Below, one piece after another: positions 1 through 14,228 of a DNA stretch of 64,000 bases; the first letter of the stretch is position 1, and each line of letters starts with the position of its first letter. Made by a program: the position numbers and the translations under genes. This stretch comes from Vermamoeba vermiformis (taxonomy: Eukaryota). The notes beneath the pieces are model-generated. The model was not told the DNA's origin and did no database searches. It was given only the letters and a program-made list of their open reading frames with translations. Location: positions 1 to 64,000 of the forward strand of contig JBEWZL010000083.1 in assembly GCA_045837725.1 (NCBI GenBank), written 5' to 3'.

Positions 1-229
1 TCCAAATCTCGATCAATTCTTCCATGGGCGGGTGTCGCCATCTACAATTATCTCCGTATCCGCAATATCCATATGTAACTAACGGATTGCAATTAGATAG
101 GTCCCAGTACTTGACTGGATTTGGCGGTGGGAATTCGCAGTCTAAAACTAATTCCTTCAGCGGGTCTTCTTCTTTCTTCGGCTTGTAAGTACTGAATTTC
201 TTATTAAACAAAATTCTTTCTGGTTGCAT
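1..229 (-). CDS. CCCH zinc-finger protein, 5' part (runs off the window)
   Basis: Open frame from ATG 229: MQPERILF...CNPLVTYGYCGYGDNCRWRH, a C-x8-C-x5-C-x3-H pattern. Confidence 0.6.
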   Translation of the reverse strand, partial: MQPERILFNKKFSTYKPKKEEDPLKELVLDCEFPPPNPVKYWDLSNCNPLVTYGYCGYGDNCRWRHPPMEELIEIW

Positions 230-547
230 TATTAATCGCTCCTGACGCCATTTAAAATCGAAAGTTTCGCTTTTCGTTCAAATCCAAACTTTTTCGTTGA
301 GAAAGCAAAGAAGGATCCAAAAAGAAGCATTGATATTTATATACTCCGTTTAGTTATACTTTAATGATATTTTGCGCTAAAGCTTGTTTTTGAACGTTAC
401 CAAGCCGAATTTATCGAGCTGAGCTAATTATAGGCTGTTACAAAAATTATACGACCAATTAACGGGCTCAATATCTTATACTCTCATTCTGCATGCTTTA
501 TATAAGCGTAGTAGCACAATCTAACGTCAGATCCACTCCTTTTGAGA

Positions 548-2546
548 ATGAATCTGCTAATAGTTATATTTGTTGTTATAGCGGTCGTGGGATTGCTTGT
601 TATACGAGCTAAATCTCATAAATATGCCTCTGATTTCTTAGAAAATATCTCTTTGTTCGAATTCCTCTTAAACAAAGGCAAGTTGCATTGGCTTTACGCG
701 AGGATCAAGAGCAGCAAATCCAGATTCATCCAACTGGGTCTTCCTGGACAAACCGCTATTATCCTCAAAGAACCTGATGACGTCAAGGTAATTTTAAAGC
801 GATTGCACCTTTATAGACGGATACTAAGCACTGAATTTTAGATCGTTTTATCGGATCCCGAGCTTTTTATCAAAGCTCCACTTCCGGCAACAAAAATTCT
901 TAAAAAAGTATTTATTCCATCGATAGTCAGTGAGAATGGAACGCCATGGCGGTACGTATTGCTCTAATTATTTTAATTTTCAAATTCTGAAATTTCGCGT
1001 CGGATCCACAGCCGTTACCGCGAATCACTGAGCCATCACTTCCACTTCGACGTCATTAAGCAATGGATTCCTTTCTTCAACGAGCTAGACGACATATTTT
1101 TAACGGAAATGAGCAAACATCTCGGCCAACGATTTGATATTGTTCCTTTATTAACGAGACTGACCATAGATGCGTTAGGTTAAAATTCAATATTTCAATG
1201 AATTAATACTAATAGTTAATATTATAGGTCATACTGTATTTCATACGAATTTTGATGCGTTAAAAGGCAAAGAAGATAAAACTGCTGATATGGTGACCGA
1301 ATTAATCGCCGGTCTTACGAGCCCTGGGCAATTTATCGCTGGAAAAGCACGTATTATATATTTATATACCATCTATATTAATTTTAATCGCTTAGATTGA
1401 AAATTTGACCGGTTACAACTTAGCATTTGCTACAAAAAGAAAGTGCGAAGAATTATTGCAATATTTTACCGCGATGATCGATAACCGCAGAAAAGAATTG
1501 CAAAACAGCGAACCCACTCAAAGTGTCATTGACGTCATGTTAACAAGCCCTTCAAACTTCACCGAAGATGAGGTACGGATCCATTGTCCACCTACCACTT
1601 TTCGGATCCGAACTAACGTTTCTATTTATAGCTCATCGCTAATATAGTCAGTATATTCTTGGCAGGGTTCGAGACAACAGCTACGTCACTGACGTTTTTC
1701 ATGAAACACTTGGGACAGTTCACTGAAATCCAACAAAAGTGCCGTGACGAAGTGAAAACAGTCTTGCAAGGCCGAACAATGACAGCTGAAGATATGCGAT
1801 TGGTAAGCACTACCATATATAGTTATACCTTTAGAGTCATTAACGATGCTTTTCTAAGCTGCCTTATGTTACTGCAACGCTCAAAGAATCCATGCGATAC
1901 GATACTGTTGTGGGCATTATTCCTACGAGAATAGCGAACGAAGACACGGAAATCAACGGTCTGGCGGTTAAGAAAGGCGTACGTGACTAAATATAGTCAA
2001 AATTGTCATAGTCATATGCTTACTATTGTCTATTTTAGACCATGATTTGGCTCAGTCCGTACGGTGTCCACATGAACCCAAAATATTGGCCAGAACCGGA
2101 GAAATTCGATCCAGAACGCTTCTTAAAGTCTGAAAACTCTACAAAGAGACATCCATTTGCGTACTTGCCTTTTGGAATGAAATCTCGTGCCTGGTACGTT
2201 CAACGAAATTTTTCAGTTCTATCTCCGGATCTACGGAATTCAACTATCAATTTCATTTCCTTATTATATATACCGATATACTATCGCTTACAATATTGTA
2301 ATGAGAAGATCGTATAATAATAGCCCTATCAAATCTTATGACACATTTGCCGTTTGATCCACCAAACTAACACCCATTTATATTTTTAGCATCGGAAATC
2401 AATTCTCATTGGTGGAACAGACCGTATTCATCAGCGCATTATTACAACGCTTCAAATGGGTGACGCTTGATTGCATCAGGGCTGACTTTTCCGGCGTCAG
2501 CGTGCGTTACTTTGCTGAAGTATACGTTGAGCTTAATACCGTATAA
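548..2546 (+). CDS. Cytochrome P450 (multi-exon)
   Basis: N-terminal membrane anchor, I-helix AGFETT, K-helix ESMR, PEKFDPERF. Heme motif FGMKSRA-C-IG has its Cys codon split by an intron (TG|C). Confidence 0.92.
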
Positions 2547-2675
2547 TTTATCTAAATTAATAAAATAGACCAGTTTTCGTTCCGTTTGTACGAGGCGGAA
2601 GTACTTTTGTTACGACGGAAAAACAATAAATTAAATTTTTTTGGTTTTTTCATTAATTCGCAATTAGTGATCAAG

Positions 2676-4516
2676 ATGATTGGATATATTATAATAGCTT
2701 CTATCGCTGGAATAGTTGTGTATTTCTATATTAAATTCCAGAAGGTAGCTGAGAAATACGCGTCCATTCCCGGCATCTCGCTTCGGGAGTTCTTTACGGA
2801 TGCGAAGGATATTCCTATTAAAACTGGTAAATATTCTAAAGAAAAATTTGCCAAAATTATCACACCCGTGGTTACTTTTGTTCTTGCTACGCATCCGGAC
2901 AGCGCAAAGGTAAAATTCAATACTCGATTCAATTTTAACCAAATTATTGATCTTCTTATTTTTTAGTTTGTATTAAATGATCCAGAAAACTTCCCTAAGA
3001 CCACTTTGACTACATACAAAAATTCAGAAAAGATCTTCAGCGACAACATCGTGTTCGCGAACGGAGAGCAATGGAGGCAAGTTTTAATAGGCATATTTAT
3101 CGTTTTTATCTAATTTTTCCACTATTTAAGACAATATCGAAACGTTTTGTCTCCTCCATTCCATTTTGACGCTGTCAAGAAATGGATCCCGGACTTTTAC
3201 AAATTGTCGCTTGAACTTATGCAGCAGTGGGAGAAAATCTACGATAAGCCCGTAGATGTCATTCATTGGCTGCCTCTATTCACACTAGACGTGCTTGGTG
3301 TGACAGTTCTGAGTCGAAATTTCAATGCGATGAAAGGCGAAGAAAGCGAGGACTTGGAAGCCGTTAATAATATTATTGGAAAGCCTGCTTCTCCTAAAAT
3401 GTTAATTAAGGGTGCCGTAAGTCAATGCAATTGTTTACCTCGATGCTCGTGTCACTAACTATTCGTCAGATCGAGCGAAAATTTCCGTTCCTGAACTTGA
3501 ACAAAAAGATTAATGACTCTATTGACTACATCTACAACTCAATGCTTGATATCATTAATGTAGGTACACCTTATTATACAAGCACTATATATTCATAACG
3601 TTGTGCTAGGCTCGCAAAGTGAAGAAAAATGACAGCGAACATTTCGACTTGATTGACGTCATGTTGAACGCTCATGATCCGACTTGGAAAGAAAAGGAGG
3701 TCCGTATTATTTTGTATGCTTATTCTAGGTCCCACCTATAACACTTATTTACCAATAGCTCGTCTCAAATGCATTTATCATGTTCTTGGCTGGCCACGAA
3801 ACTACGTCGACCGCATTGGGTTGGATGGTCTACCATTTAGCCACTCTGCCAGACATTCAACAGAAACTCAAAGAAGAGGTTGATCGGGTGCTTAAAGGAC
3901 AGCCTATCACTCAAGACAACATTAGCGAGGTACTTTTCAGATCGCGGGATCTGATCGGATCTGATCTTAAACTTTGCTAACTTCCTTTTTAGTTAAAATA
4001 TATGAGCAACGTTATTAAGGAAAATCTTCGGATTCAACCACCAGTGGCTTGGATTCCTAGTCGTGAAATGAAAGTCGATACTGAGTTCGAAGGACGAATG
4101 GTCATTCCGCAAGGCGTAAGTAACAGAAACAGCCATATTTGAATTATTTTTTGAAATTTGATATGACAGGCGCGTATTGGATTGAATATCTATGCTATTC
4201 ATCACAACCCCGAGTTCTGGCCTGAACCGCAGAAGTTCGATCCAGAACGTTTTACAAAACCAACAGTTCCATTCAGTTTTCTTCCATTCTCATTGAAATC
4301 ACGTGCATGGTGAGTACTCGAAACCTATAATATGATATGAGTACTAACATGCGATGCGATAGTCTTGGTAACCAGTTTTCACTTGTGGAACAGACAGTGT
4401 TTATTGCCACACTGATGCAACACTTCAAAGTCAGCGTCAGTTCACACACGCCTCCGCCATCAGTCTCTGCTATTAACAGAGTCGGAGATCTCAAATTGAC
4501 CTTGACTAAGTGGTAA
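2676..4516 (+). CDS. Cytochrome P450 (multi-exon)
   Basis: Membrane anchor, [33 protein letters not shown] introns join the ORF-track pieces. Confidence 0.93.
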
Positions 4517-4841
4517 ATAAACACTCAAGCTCAGTTCGAACAAAGAAAATTCAGCCCATTTTTCTCCGCTCAACAGCGACAAAAATTTTTTGCGTTCCGC
4601 CTTTTTTTTTTTTAAATAAAAAAACAAAAACCACGGGAAACAGAAAAAGGTAAAAATTAAAAAAAAACATCTAAAAATAAAAGTAAACACTAATATTCAT
4701 TTCAAGATCTCCTATTGAAAATTTCCGACACGTGATCGAGAAAGTCGTAAAATGCACAATTTGATGCGGTTCTTTTGATTTTTGATTTTTATCTGTTACA
4801 TAGCCCAATACAACCTATTTGTTGGTGTTCTATTTAATAGC

Positions 4842-6418
4842 ATGCGTGGGCTATTGATTTTTGTGCCGCTGTTAGTTGCGTTTATTGCTCAGCAAGCTAT
4901 TTATCGGTTCAATGTCGGCTTAAAAATTGAAAATTATTCTCAATTTACAGATTGCAAGATAATAGAAGGTAAGCAAAGAGGATCCGTAAAAGATTGCGAA
5001 TCAAATTAATTTTAAAAAATGCCAATAAATGCTAATTAAGTCAAACTAATTAACAAATCGAAGGTTAAAATGCGGTATTAATATTCAAAATAGAATTAAT
5101 CGGCTCTGAAGACCTGGAAATCGACCACAAAACTGGGATCGCCTACATTTCCTCTGCTCCCCTGGTGGTACGCTGTATAACTATAATTCCTTATTTAACG
5201 TATCAATATATGAAGCCGAGAAGTGCTAAGTCAAAAGCAGGCATTTACAAGTTAGATCTTGCGAGCGAAAAATTAACAAAGATGACACTCAACAATTATC
5301 CCTACGAATTACAAGAACTGCCTCATGGACTTAGTTTATATCACGCAGGTATTATTCTGATCATATTTATAATACGCTATTAGATTTACTAAAAGATTTT
5401 TTTGTAGGTGACGAATTATTACTCTTTGTGATTAATCACAGCATGAACAAATCTCACGCTCGAGATAGCGTTGAGATATTTAAAGTCAAGAACGATGAAT
5501 TGTAAGTACTCGAAAGGAAAATATCGAACAGAAATCCAGTCTCAAGATCTGTTTTTGAATCCGTACCTGCCAAAGTATTAATAACCGATGTTATTAGGCA
5601 CTATGTTAATGCTATGTCACACGAGTTATTGATTAATATCAACGACGTCAAAGCCATTAGTGATCACGAGTTCTTGGTGACATCCGATCACGGTATAAGT
5701 CGTCGAGATCACGGGACATTTGCCATGTTAGAAGATGTATTTGGACTTAGCATCGCATACGCATCTTATTGCAATGCCGAGACAAAGCAGTGTAGAAAAG
5801 CGATCGAGAATATTGCTTCTCCTAACGGTAAGTCAGTGGCACAAAGTGACACCTTGACAAGTGTCGTTTAGTTTGGATCTGACACGTAATTAAGATTCTT
5901 TTATTCCGTAGGTATTAATTATATTCCTGAAACTAATATGGTGTATGTTGCGTTAACTCTTAGCGGTCACATGCTGGCTTACAAAATGGATCCGGTCTCG
6001 CGCAATCTCACTTTTGTCGAATCTGCTTTCATCGATCGAGGTACTGACGGATAGATTATTGTGTTCAAATTTTCTGCTAAAAATAATTACCAGGATTGGA
6101 TAATATCGATATTGACGAGAACGGATTGCTTTGGGTGAGTGCGCATCCGAAAATTGTGGATGTGTTCATGTACATGTTCGGAAAGACGGAACAATCTCCG
6201 TTTAGAGTGTGGAAACAAAACGAGGTAATCAATCTTCACTTTATGTGGCGAATTAATCGTAATACTTTGAAAAATAGGTCGGCAAGTTGAACTTTACGAT
6301 TGTTTATTCGAATACCGGCGAACAACTCTCTGGCGGCAGTACTGCAGCACAATACAAAAATCACGTGCTGATTGGATCTGTAGCATCACACGCTATGCTC
6401 TGTAACGTCAAGAAATGA
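4842..6418 (+). CDS. Paraoxonase/arylesterase-like six-bladed propeller protein
   Basis: Signal anchor, GSEDLEID, PHGLSL, LFVINH, INDV, ASPNGIN, LDNIDID, WVSAHP and LIGSV, all typical of the PON family. Confidence 0.85.
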
Positions 6419-6556
6419 AATTTCAAATTTCCTTACTTATGTTAGAGTTTGTTTAATTTTTCATGAAATTGTCGGATCGGATCTGACTCCGAGTCAGTTA
6501 TATTTACAGACTTTATTTACAAGCTTAAATTCAACACTTTAAGGTGCTTCTTGACA

Positions 6557-8287
6557 CTAGTTACTCTTCTTGTTAACAGATTTGATCGCACCGATAGCGA
6601 TTGTTTGTTGCCGGTCACGCACAACGATTCGACCCAACGGAGCAAATTCAGTGAACGGCTCAACGATCATAGATCTGATTGGCTCCAAACGGACCAATGC
6701 CCAATCACCTTTTTGCAATATTTTGATGTTCGGCGCAGCTTCTACTACTTCTCCAGAACGTTTATCGTACTTGGCCAATAATTCCGTGAATTTGCATGGC
6801 ACGTGACTCGCGTGACATTCAACCAATGGCACGTAACCTTCACGGATCTCACCAGAGTTGTTCAGAATGACTAAATCAAGTATTATAATAGCTTCATATA
6901 ATAAGGTATTATATAATGAAACTTACGAATTTGAGCGACAAAGTCAATGGCTTCACACGGAGGCTCATCGTAGGTGTGTCCGATAACGGATCCACGACGC
7001 ACGTCTTTTCTTGAAAGACCGCGAATACTAAAGCTGATGACGTCACCGGGTATCGCCTCATCAACAGTTTCATAGCACTTTTCGATAGATTTGACGTAAC
7101 TGTTCAAATTTCCAGGAGCCACTGTGATTTGGTCCTTTACCGTGAGCACACCTGTCTCGACTCGGCCGACGACCACAGTGCCAATTCCACCAATACGGTA
7201 CACGTCTTGCACGGACACGCGCAACGGAAGGTCTTTGAGATCGGTCTTTTCGAGCGTATCAAGGGCCTCTAACAAAGTGGGCCCGTTGTACCACGACAAC
7301 TTGTCTGACTTTTTTGTGACATTTTCGCCTGTCCAGCCACTGACTGGCATGAAAGTAATCATCTCAGGAGCGTACCTAAAAATAATTCATGAGTATGACG
7401 TGTCAAACTGAACATCGATGACAAGCATTAGTAGTAAAAATCGATGTTACTATTAATACTAACAAATGTCATACTGCAAACCAAATGTATATTTGACACC
7501 TGTCAAAACAAACTTGTGTAACGGATCTGAGGTGACTCAACACTTACCCTACGATGCTTAAGTAAGCAGATATCTCTTGTCTAACCTCTTCATAGCGCTC
7601 TTGGCTGTAAGTAGCCGTATCAGAGTCCATTTTATTGACCAATACGAGCACTTGTCTGATGCCCAAAGTGTACGCCAAGAACGCGTGTTCGAACGTCTGG
7701 CCTGGCTCGCGGATCCCAGCCTCAAACTCGTCCTTTGCAGCAGATACTACCATCATCGCGACGTCGGCGTGTGAAGTGCCAGTAATCATATTTTTGATTA
7801 AGTTGTGGTTCTCGGATGCGTCAATAGTGCTGAAAGAGTACTTGGTCGAATAAAATTTATACGGCTGGATGTCAGCTGTCAGGTAATCTCCGCTTCCATA
7901 TTTGAGCCTTTCCATGATATACTCGTATAAAGAAGAGAGTTTATTATCACGACGAGCGTCCTCTTCAATTCGCCCTTTATAGAAGTTAAAAATTGTTGGT
8001 AAGCTCAGTAAAAAATCTTCCCAATAAAAAATTAGCTTCGATTTATAAATTCATACGAAGATTAAGTGGCCTACAATATTAGAATATTGCCGAATTTTTA
8101 AAGAATTTGTTTTTTTTTGTTTTTTTTTAAAATTTATAAAATTGGCCGAGACCAGCAACTTACGAAACACAGATTCATGTAGTCCTCCGCAATCCCTTAG
8201 TAAACGGCCAGCAATTGTTGATTTTCCTGCGCCGTCGTGACCAAGGACGATAACCCCCAGATGTGGCTTCGTTGAATTGTAAGCCAT
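6557..8287 (-). CDS. Divergent elongation factor 1-alpha-like GTPase (multi-exon)
   Basis: GHDGAGKST, IKNMITGTSHAD, GQTFEHAFLAYTLG, NKMD, PLRVSVQDVYRIGGIGTVVVGRVETG, PLGRIVVRD. Confidence 0.88.
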
Positions 8288-8620
8288 CGAGCTAAATATG
8301 ATTCGATTACAGAAAAAAGTATGTTTCGGGACTTGTTGCTATTTTGTTAAGGGGTTAAAGGTTTGAATAATTACGAATTTGACACTTTTTGTTGTTTAAT
8401 TTTAAAATGTCATTCGGGTAGTAGATTAAGCTGATACTAACTGATTATTAGGACAACGAACATACATTCAATAAGAAGCTGCTTTTATTGAGACATTTAA
8501 ATTGAACAAAAGTTTAACAAATCAATCACTGCCTAGTTTTTTTTGTAGTTTCAATCGCGTGATTAATTTTCTTTTCAAAAACGCCTGGCAAATTGCTTAA
8601 CTACGATACTTTTAATATGT

Positions 8621-10419
8621 TCAGTACCGTTTCAGCTGATGCGGAAAAGTTTCAAGTTGCGTCAAGTGTGTAAACGTGGAGCTGACCCTCGATTCTGTGT
8701 AGACTTCCCAGTGTCGCAAATGCTGCAAATGAGTCAACATGAGCACTTCATCTTCACTATTAATTTGCGAAATTCCTAAACGATAAAGACGTGTCAATTT
8801 GGCGACACTTTGGATCAGATTCGTTTCTTCGATGCCTGGCCAAGTAGTCAGTTTTCTAAGCGGCAGTTGTGAAATTACACTGTAATCTATTTTCTTTTTT
8901 GCTAAATTTGTATTATTGTCGTAAACAACGTATAATTGCAACTGAGTAAGATTTTTCAAGTGCGACAAATTGTTCCAGCCTTCGTCGGGCAGATCTGCTG
9001 CTTCTATTTGCAACGTTTGTAAAGTTGTGAGGTATATGTAATCATTTGACTGTAATGTTGTCCTTCTCAATGTTAGCTGTTCGAGATCTGTCAAAATTGA
9101 AATACTTTCTAATCGAATATTTTCTTCAATGTCATCGGAGATGTTAAGTTGCAAATGCTTCAATTTCGTAAAGCTATTTATAAAATTTCCGTATTTGGAA
9201 TAATCTGTACTCTTGGAAGCTTCGAAAAGACGTAAAGTTTCGAGATTTGTTAGATGCGTCAAACTTTCATGATCAAAATTGTTGGAAATATGCAAATGAA
9301 GTTCCTTAATTGAATCGCATAATAGTGATAAATCCCCTGTTACTTTTAAGGATAAGTAAGTCAGTCGGGAGTGAGTTGAAAATGGATTCGAGCTTGCGTT
9401 GCAGGCAATTGACTCCTGTAATGACAAGCACCGTAGCCTTGTTAATGGTCTAATCTCTTCTAATATATCTACTGTATTTAGAAACTCGTATGGATCCATG
9501 TAGAAATGGAGCTCTGTCAGATTTAAATTGTTGCGGATGTACGGTACGTTCAAACTTGATACTCGAAGGCTTTGGAGCGATGTTATATTACTGATATCAA
9601 TTCCTCCATACGAATCGTTCTTATTTGCAATATTAAGTTGCGTCAAATTGGTTAAATGGTTCAGATCGTGGTCTTCGGATGTTGCTTCGAATGTTAATTT
9701 CAACGAATTTAATGAGCAAGGTAATTTTGCTATCAAATCGACTCTTTGTTTAATATCAACTGATAATTCTTCAAGTTGTAAGCTATTATTAGGCAGGCAA
9801 GTTAGATTTGGCAAGTGGATCTTCTTGAGTCGAGGAAACTTGCTTAATAGCTCATATCCCCAGGATCCTATAACTTTCCAGCTCTCTAAATTGATCAATG
9901 TTGATAATTTCAGCCAATAATCTTCGGCTACATCTTGTGCTAATGAACGTGGGTTGATCTGAACGGATTTGAGTTGTGTAAGTCGGCATATTTGATCAAT
10001 AAACTGTTTCGTTGATACACTACGTGGTATAATATGCATTGATATATCGAGTGGATAGTTATACTTCGATAAACGGTTCATAAGCCAAGAAAAAATATTA
10101 GGACCAAGATCGTAAAACTTGAATTGTGAAATCTTGACTGATTTAAACCACAATAAGCTGACCAATCGTGCAGATCGCTCACTTGGTCCATCTAAAAACG
10201 TGAATAAGTGTTCTAAAATCTCTGGAGGCAATGATTCCTAGATGAGAAAATAATTAACTTTTATTATTATTAATAATTCTCGTTCGATAATATAAATAAA
10301 AAAATATCTAAATTATTGTGCAAATATTTTAATGAAATTAATTTGATTGAACAGAGACGCTCTGAGATCAGCCAAGCACGTAGACAAATTTTCGTACGTC
10401 TTGTTTTAACTCTTACCAT
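8621..10419 (-). CDS. F-box/leucine-rich-repeat protein
   Basis: An ATG-only exon at 10419-10417 splices to ESLPPEILEHLFTFL (F-box), followed by LxxLxxLxL repeats in one long exon. Confidence 0.8.
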
Positions 10420-10555
10420 TCTCAGTATCGCACGTGGTCTTCGATTCTGTATGGAAATATAAATGACCGAGCGCGCAAGATATTTTTGTCGCTAATGCGC
10501 GGAGAAAAATGGTCTGAATTTTCTTTGACGGAACGATCTCGAAATAGTTTTTATT

Positions 10556-12373
10556 TTACCACTTAGTCAAGTTGACTTTAAGGTCTCCAACCTTATTAAC
10601 ACCTCCTACCTCTGGTGCAGGAGTATGAGAGCTCAACGTGACTTTGAAATGTTGCATCAGTGTGGCAAGAAACACTGTCTGTTCAACAAGCGAGAACTGG
10701 TTACCAAGACTATCGCATCACATGTTAGTACTCATATGATATTATAGGTGTCGAGCACTCACCATGCACGTGATTTCAATGAGAATGGAAGAAAACTGAA
10801 TGGAACTGTTGGTTTCGTAAAACGTTCTGGATCGAACTTCTGTGGTTCAGGCCAGAGCTTGGGGTCGCGATGAATGGCATAAATATTCAATCCTATTTGA
10901 CCCTAGCAATAGATATAAGCTATATACGACAATAACGTGGGTCTCGTAACCGCATCTACTTACGCCTTTAGGAAGAATCTTTCCTTCAAATTCAATGTCT
11001 TCCTTGACAACACGAGTAGGAAGGTAAGAAACAGGTGGTTGAATACGAAGATTTTCCTTAATAACGTTGCTCATGTATGTCAGCTAAAAGAAACAAGTTA
11101 GATCCGGAACTTGATCAGGTCAGATCCAGCACTCTGAAGCGTACCTCTCTGATATTGTCTTGAGTAATAGGTTGCCCTTTAAGCACACGGTCGACTTCTT
11201 CTTTGAGTTTCTGTTGAATTTCAGGTAGAGTGGCTAAATAATAGAACATCCAACCAAGTGCTGTGGCAGTAGTTTCGTGACCTGCCACGAACATGACAAA
11301 CGCATTTGAGACGAGCTAATAGGTAAAATATATTTTAGATGACGCCTAATATGTATTATTTGGCTCGAAGCTTACTTCTTTCTCGCTCCAGTTGGGGTCA
11401 TGAGCGCTCAACATGACGTCAATCAAATCAAAGTGCGCGTGACTGCCGTCTTTAATCTTCATTGCCTTACGAGCCTAAAAGAATAGGATTAGCGTTATAT
11501 GATGAAAAATTTAGAATACGTACATTAATAATATCAAGCATTGAGCCGGTAATGTAATCGATTGAATCGTTGACTTTTTTGACGATGTTTAAGCCAAGTT
11601 TTTTCTCGAGCTGTAGTACAGTTAGAGAAATTATAGGCAGCGAATTGGTACGTACCATGCCAAGCAATATCATTTTGGGCTTGTTTGAATTTCCGATAAT
11701 ATTATTAACGGCTTCCAAGTCCTCGCTTTCTTCACCTTTCATCGCATTGAAATTTCGACTCAGAACTGTCACGCCAAGCACGTCTAATGTGAACAAAGGA
11801 ATCCAGTGCACGACATCGATAGGCTTATCTGAGATCTTCTCCCACTGTTGCATTAGTTCGACAGTCAAGTTGTAAAAGTCCGGGATCCATTTCTTGACAG
11901 CATCAAAATGGAATGGAGGAGACAAAACGTTTCGATATTGTCTTAATTAAATAAATTAATTATCAACGCGCACCAAATAAAGCGCTAACTCACCTCCATT
12001 GCTCTCCGTTCGAAAACACAATGTTGTTACTGAAGATCCGCGTAGAATTTTTAAAAGTATCTAATTCTGTCTTGGGGAAGCTTTCCGTGTCGGTTAGCAC
12101 GAACTAAACGGCATTATTAAAATCGTAAAATTAATTTGGATTGAATTTTACCTTTGCGCTGTCAGGATGCGTCGCTAAAACAAATGTAACGGCAGGTGTT
12201 ACTATTTTGGCGAATTTTTCGTTATACAAAGCTGTTCGTAGAGGCAGATCTCGCGCATCCCGGAAGAACTCGAGCATAGAAATTCCCGGGATGTGCTTGT
12301 ATTTATCAGCAATCTTCTTGAGCTTGTAGCCTATATACACGCAAACTCCGGCTATGATTATCAGTACGATCAT
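10556..12373 (-). CDS. Cytochrome P450, inverted paralog of 2676-4516
   Basis: Same exon structure as 2676-4516; AGHETT, ENLR, DPERF, FSLKSRACLG. Confidence 0.93.
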
Positions 12374-12753
12374 TTGATTTGTGTTCACTTGTATTTAAAA
12401 GGGAGTGTAATAAAGCAATTACCCATTTTGTCTAAATGGATTGAGATCCGTAACAATTAAACCGGAAGTTATTTTTCCGAAATCTAAAAACATGTGCCTC
12501 GTAACAACCACTTCCTCTGCGCGTAATACTCAGGGTTTTAAGATACGCGGCACTAATTGTGATGTGGATCCAGCTCAGATCTGCCTTCCGAAGAAAATTT
12601 CTCTCTCAGAGACCATAGTTACGAAAATACTCTTAACTCGTAATCAATCAAATAAATTACTAGATTTTTGGCTAATACTCATTTATTGTCTGTATCGAAA
12701 TCAAGCTAACATCTTTGCTCGATTTCTGTTAAGATCTAATAGCCATAGCTAGC

Positions 12754-13931
12754 TTAAGCTAACTTAGCGGTCTTCTTTGAAGCGATAGTTGCAATGACTT
12801 GATCTACATTGCCGTTGAACTTTTCCAAGAGACGAACATGACGAGCAGTAGCTTTCAAGCCCAAAGCTCGGATCTTAGTCAATTGGTCGTCATACTTGGC
12901 GAATTTTTCAGCGCGTTGTTGCTTGCGCTCAGCGGCCCTTAATTTCTTATCGCTGACCTCGCCTTGATCTTGTTCAGCAGTTGCCTTGCTTTCAACGACC
13001 ACTAACTTGCAGACAAGTCTGGACAGTCATTAGAATGAGTCAAGTAATAGAATTGTAGTCATAGAACTTACCGTCGACCAAAGCGTTTTCCCTCGCCATT
13101 GACGAGTCTCCAAGCACTCTCGTAAGTGCCAGGCTGATTTGGAGCGCGCAAAGGAATGTTGATCTCGCATTCAGTGCCCGGAGCAACTTCGCGATTGAGC
13201 ACCACAGAGTCGGGAGCATTCAATACGTTCTCGCCCTTAGATACTTGCATGACTTTGAACTCGGGAGTCCAAGGCAAAGTACCAGTGTTGCGAAGTTTCC
13301 AGGCCTTGAGGAAGTCGATATTCGGAGCGATCTCTTGACCAGTCGGGAGATTTACGTGAGCGATGACACGTGCCAAAAATGGACGAGGGCCACGGACTTT
13401 CTTGTTCTTGATTGAACGAGGAGCTTTAGTCACACGCTTCTCTTTCTTGATTTTGTTCACTTTTCGGCGTAGCAAGGTCTTCTCGCGCTTGGAAACTTTA
13501 CTGCCTCGTTGACGGGACAAAGACTTCTTGGCCTTGGGAACACGTTGCTTGCGACGAGGTCTTTTCTCAACCACGACTTCAGTAAGCTCGGTATCTTCCT
13601 CTTGAGTAGGCTGAGGCTCGTTAGTGCTTTGTTCTTTGACCTCTGGAGCAGCGGTAACCAAGGGTTCGACAGGGCTAGTTTCGGCCTTGGGCACGTCGAC
13701 CAAAAGCTTCAAGCACTTGGCAGGCAAGGCACACTGAACCGCCTCGTTGAGCTCGAAGGTGGAGTTGATGTTGATGCGGTCACCTTCGTCGTCAAGGTAG
13801 GAAACGATGAGGACAGATCGATCCAAGCCGAATTTCTTTCCGATCTCGTTGACCAGGTTCTCGAAGGTCATTTCTTCCAAAGAAAAGCGACGGAATTTGC
13901 CGTTGAATTGAACTTTAAATGAAGCTTGCAT
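12754..13931 (-). CDS. NBR1: NBR1-like autophagy receptor (PB1 + FW/N_BRCA1_IG + UBA-like C-terminus)
   Basis: PB1 (FKVQF..RRF..YLDDEGDRINI), FW domain (KAWKLRNTGTLPW...APNQPGTYESAWRL..GKRFG), C-terminal LLEKFNGNVDQVI; one intron. Confidence 0.75.
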
Positions 13932-14228
13932 TGTTGATGGTGTTGAGTAGTGGATGTTGTTGTACGAAACGGATTTGTTGTTTGTTAACGGATATCTTAC
14001 GGTTGGGTGTATAGGTAAGCCACCTCTTGTTGTAATCTATCTGTTGTTGGTTATATAATGACCTTAATACGTGCCACCTTTTTATATTTTTAGACGGCCA
14101 TTCTATTTTTAAACGGACCAATCGCGGAGCACCTTCTTCAAAGAACACGAACCAATTTCAATAAAAGATTACCTGTTACACGAGACAATATCAAGCCCTG
14201 GCAAATATACGCTAAAGGGACATTTGCA

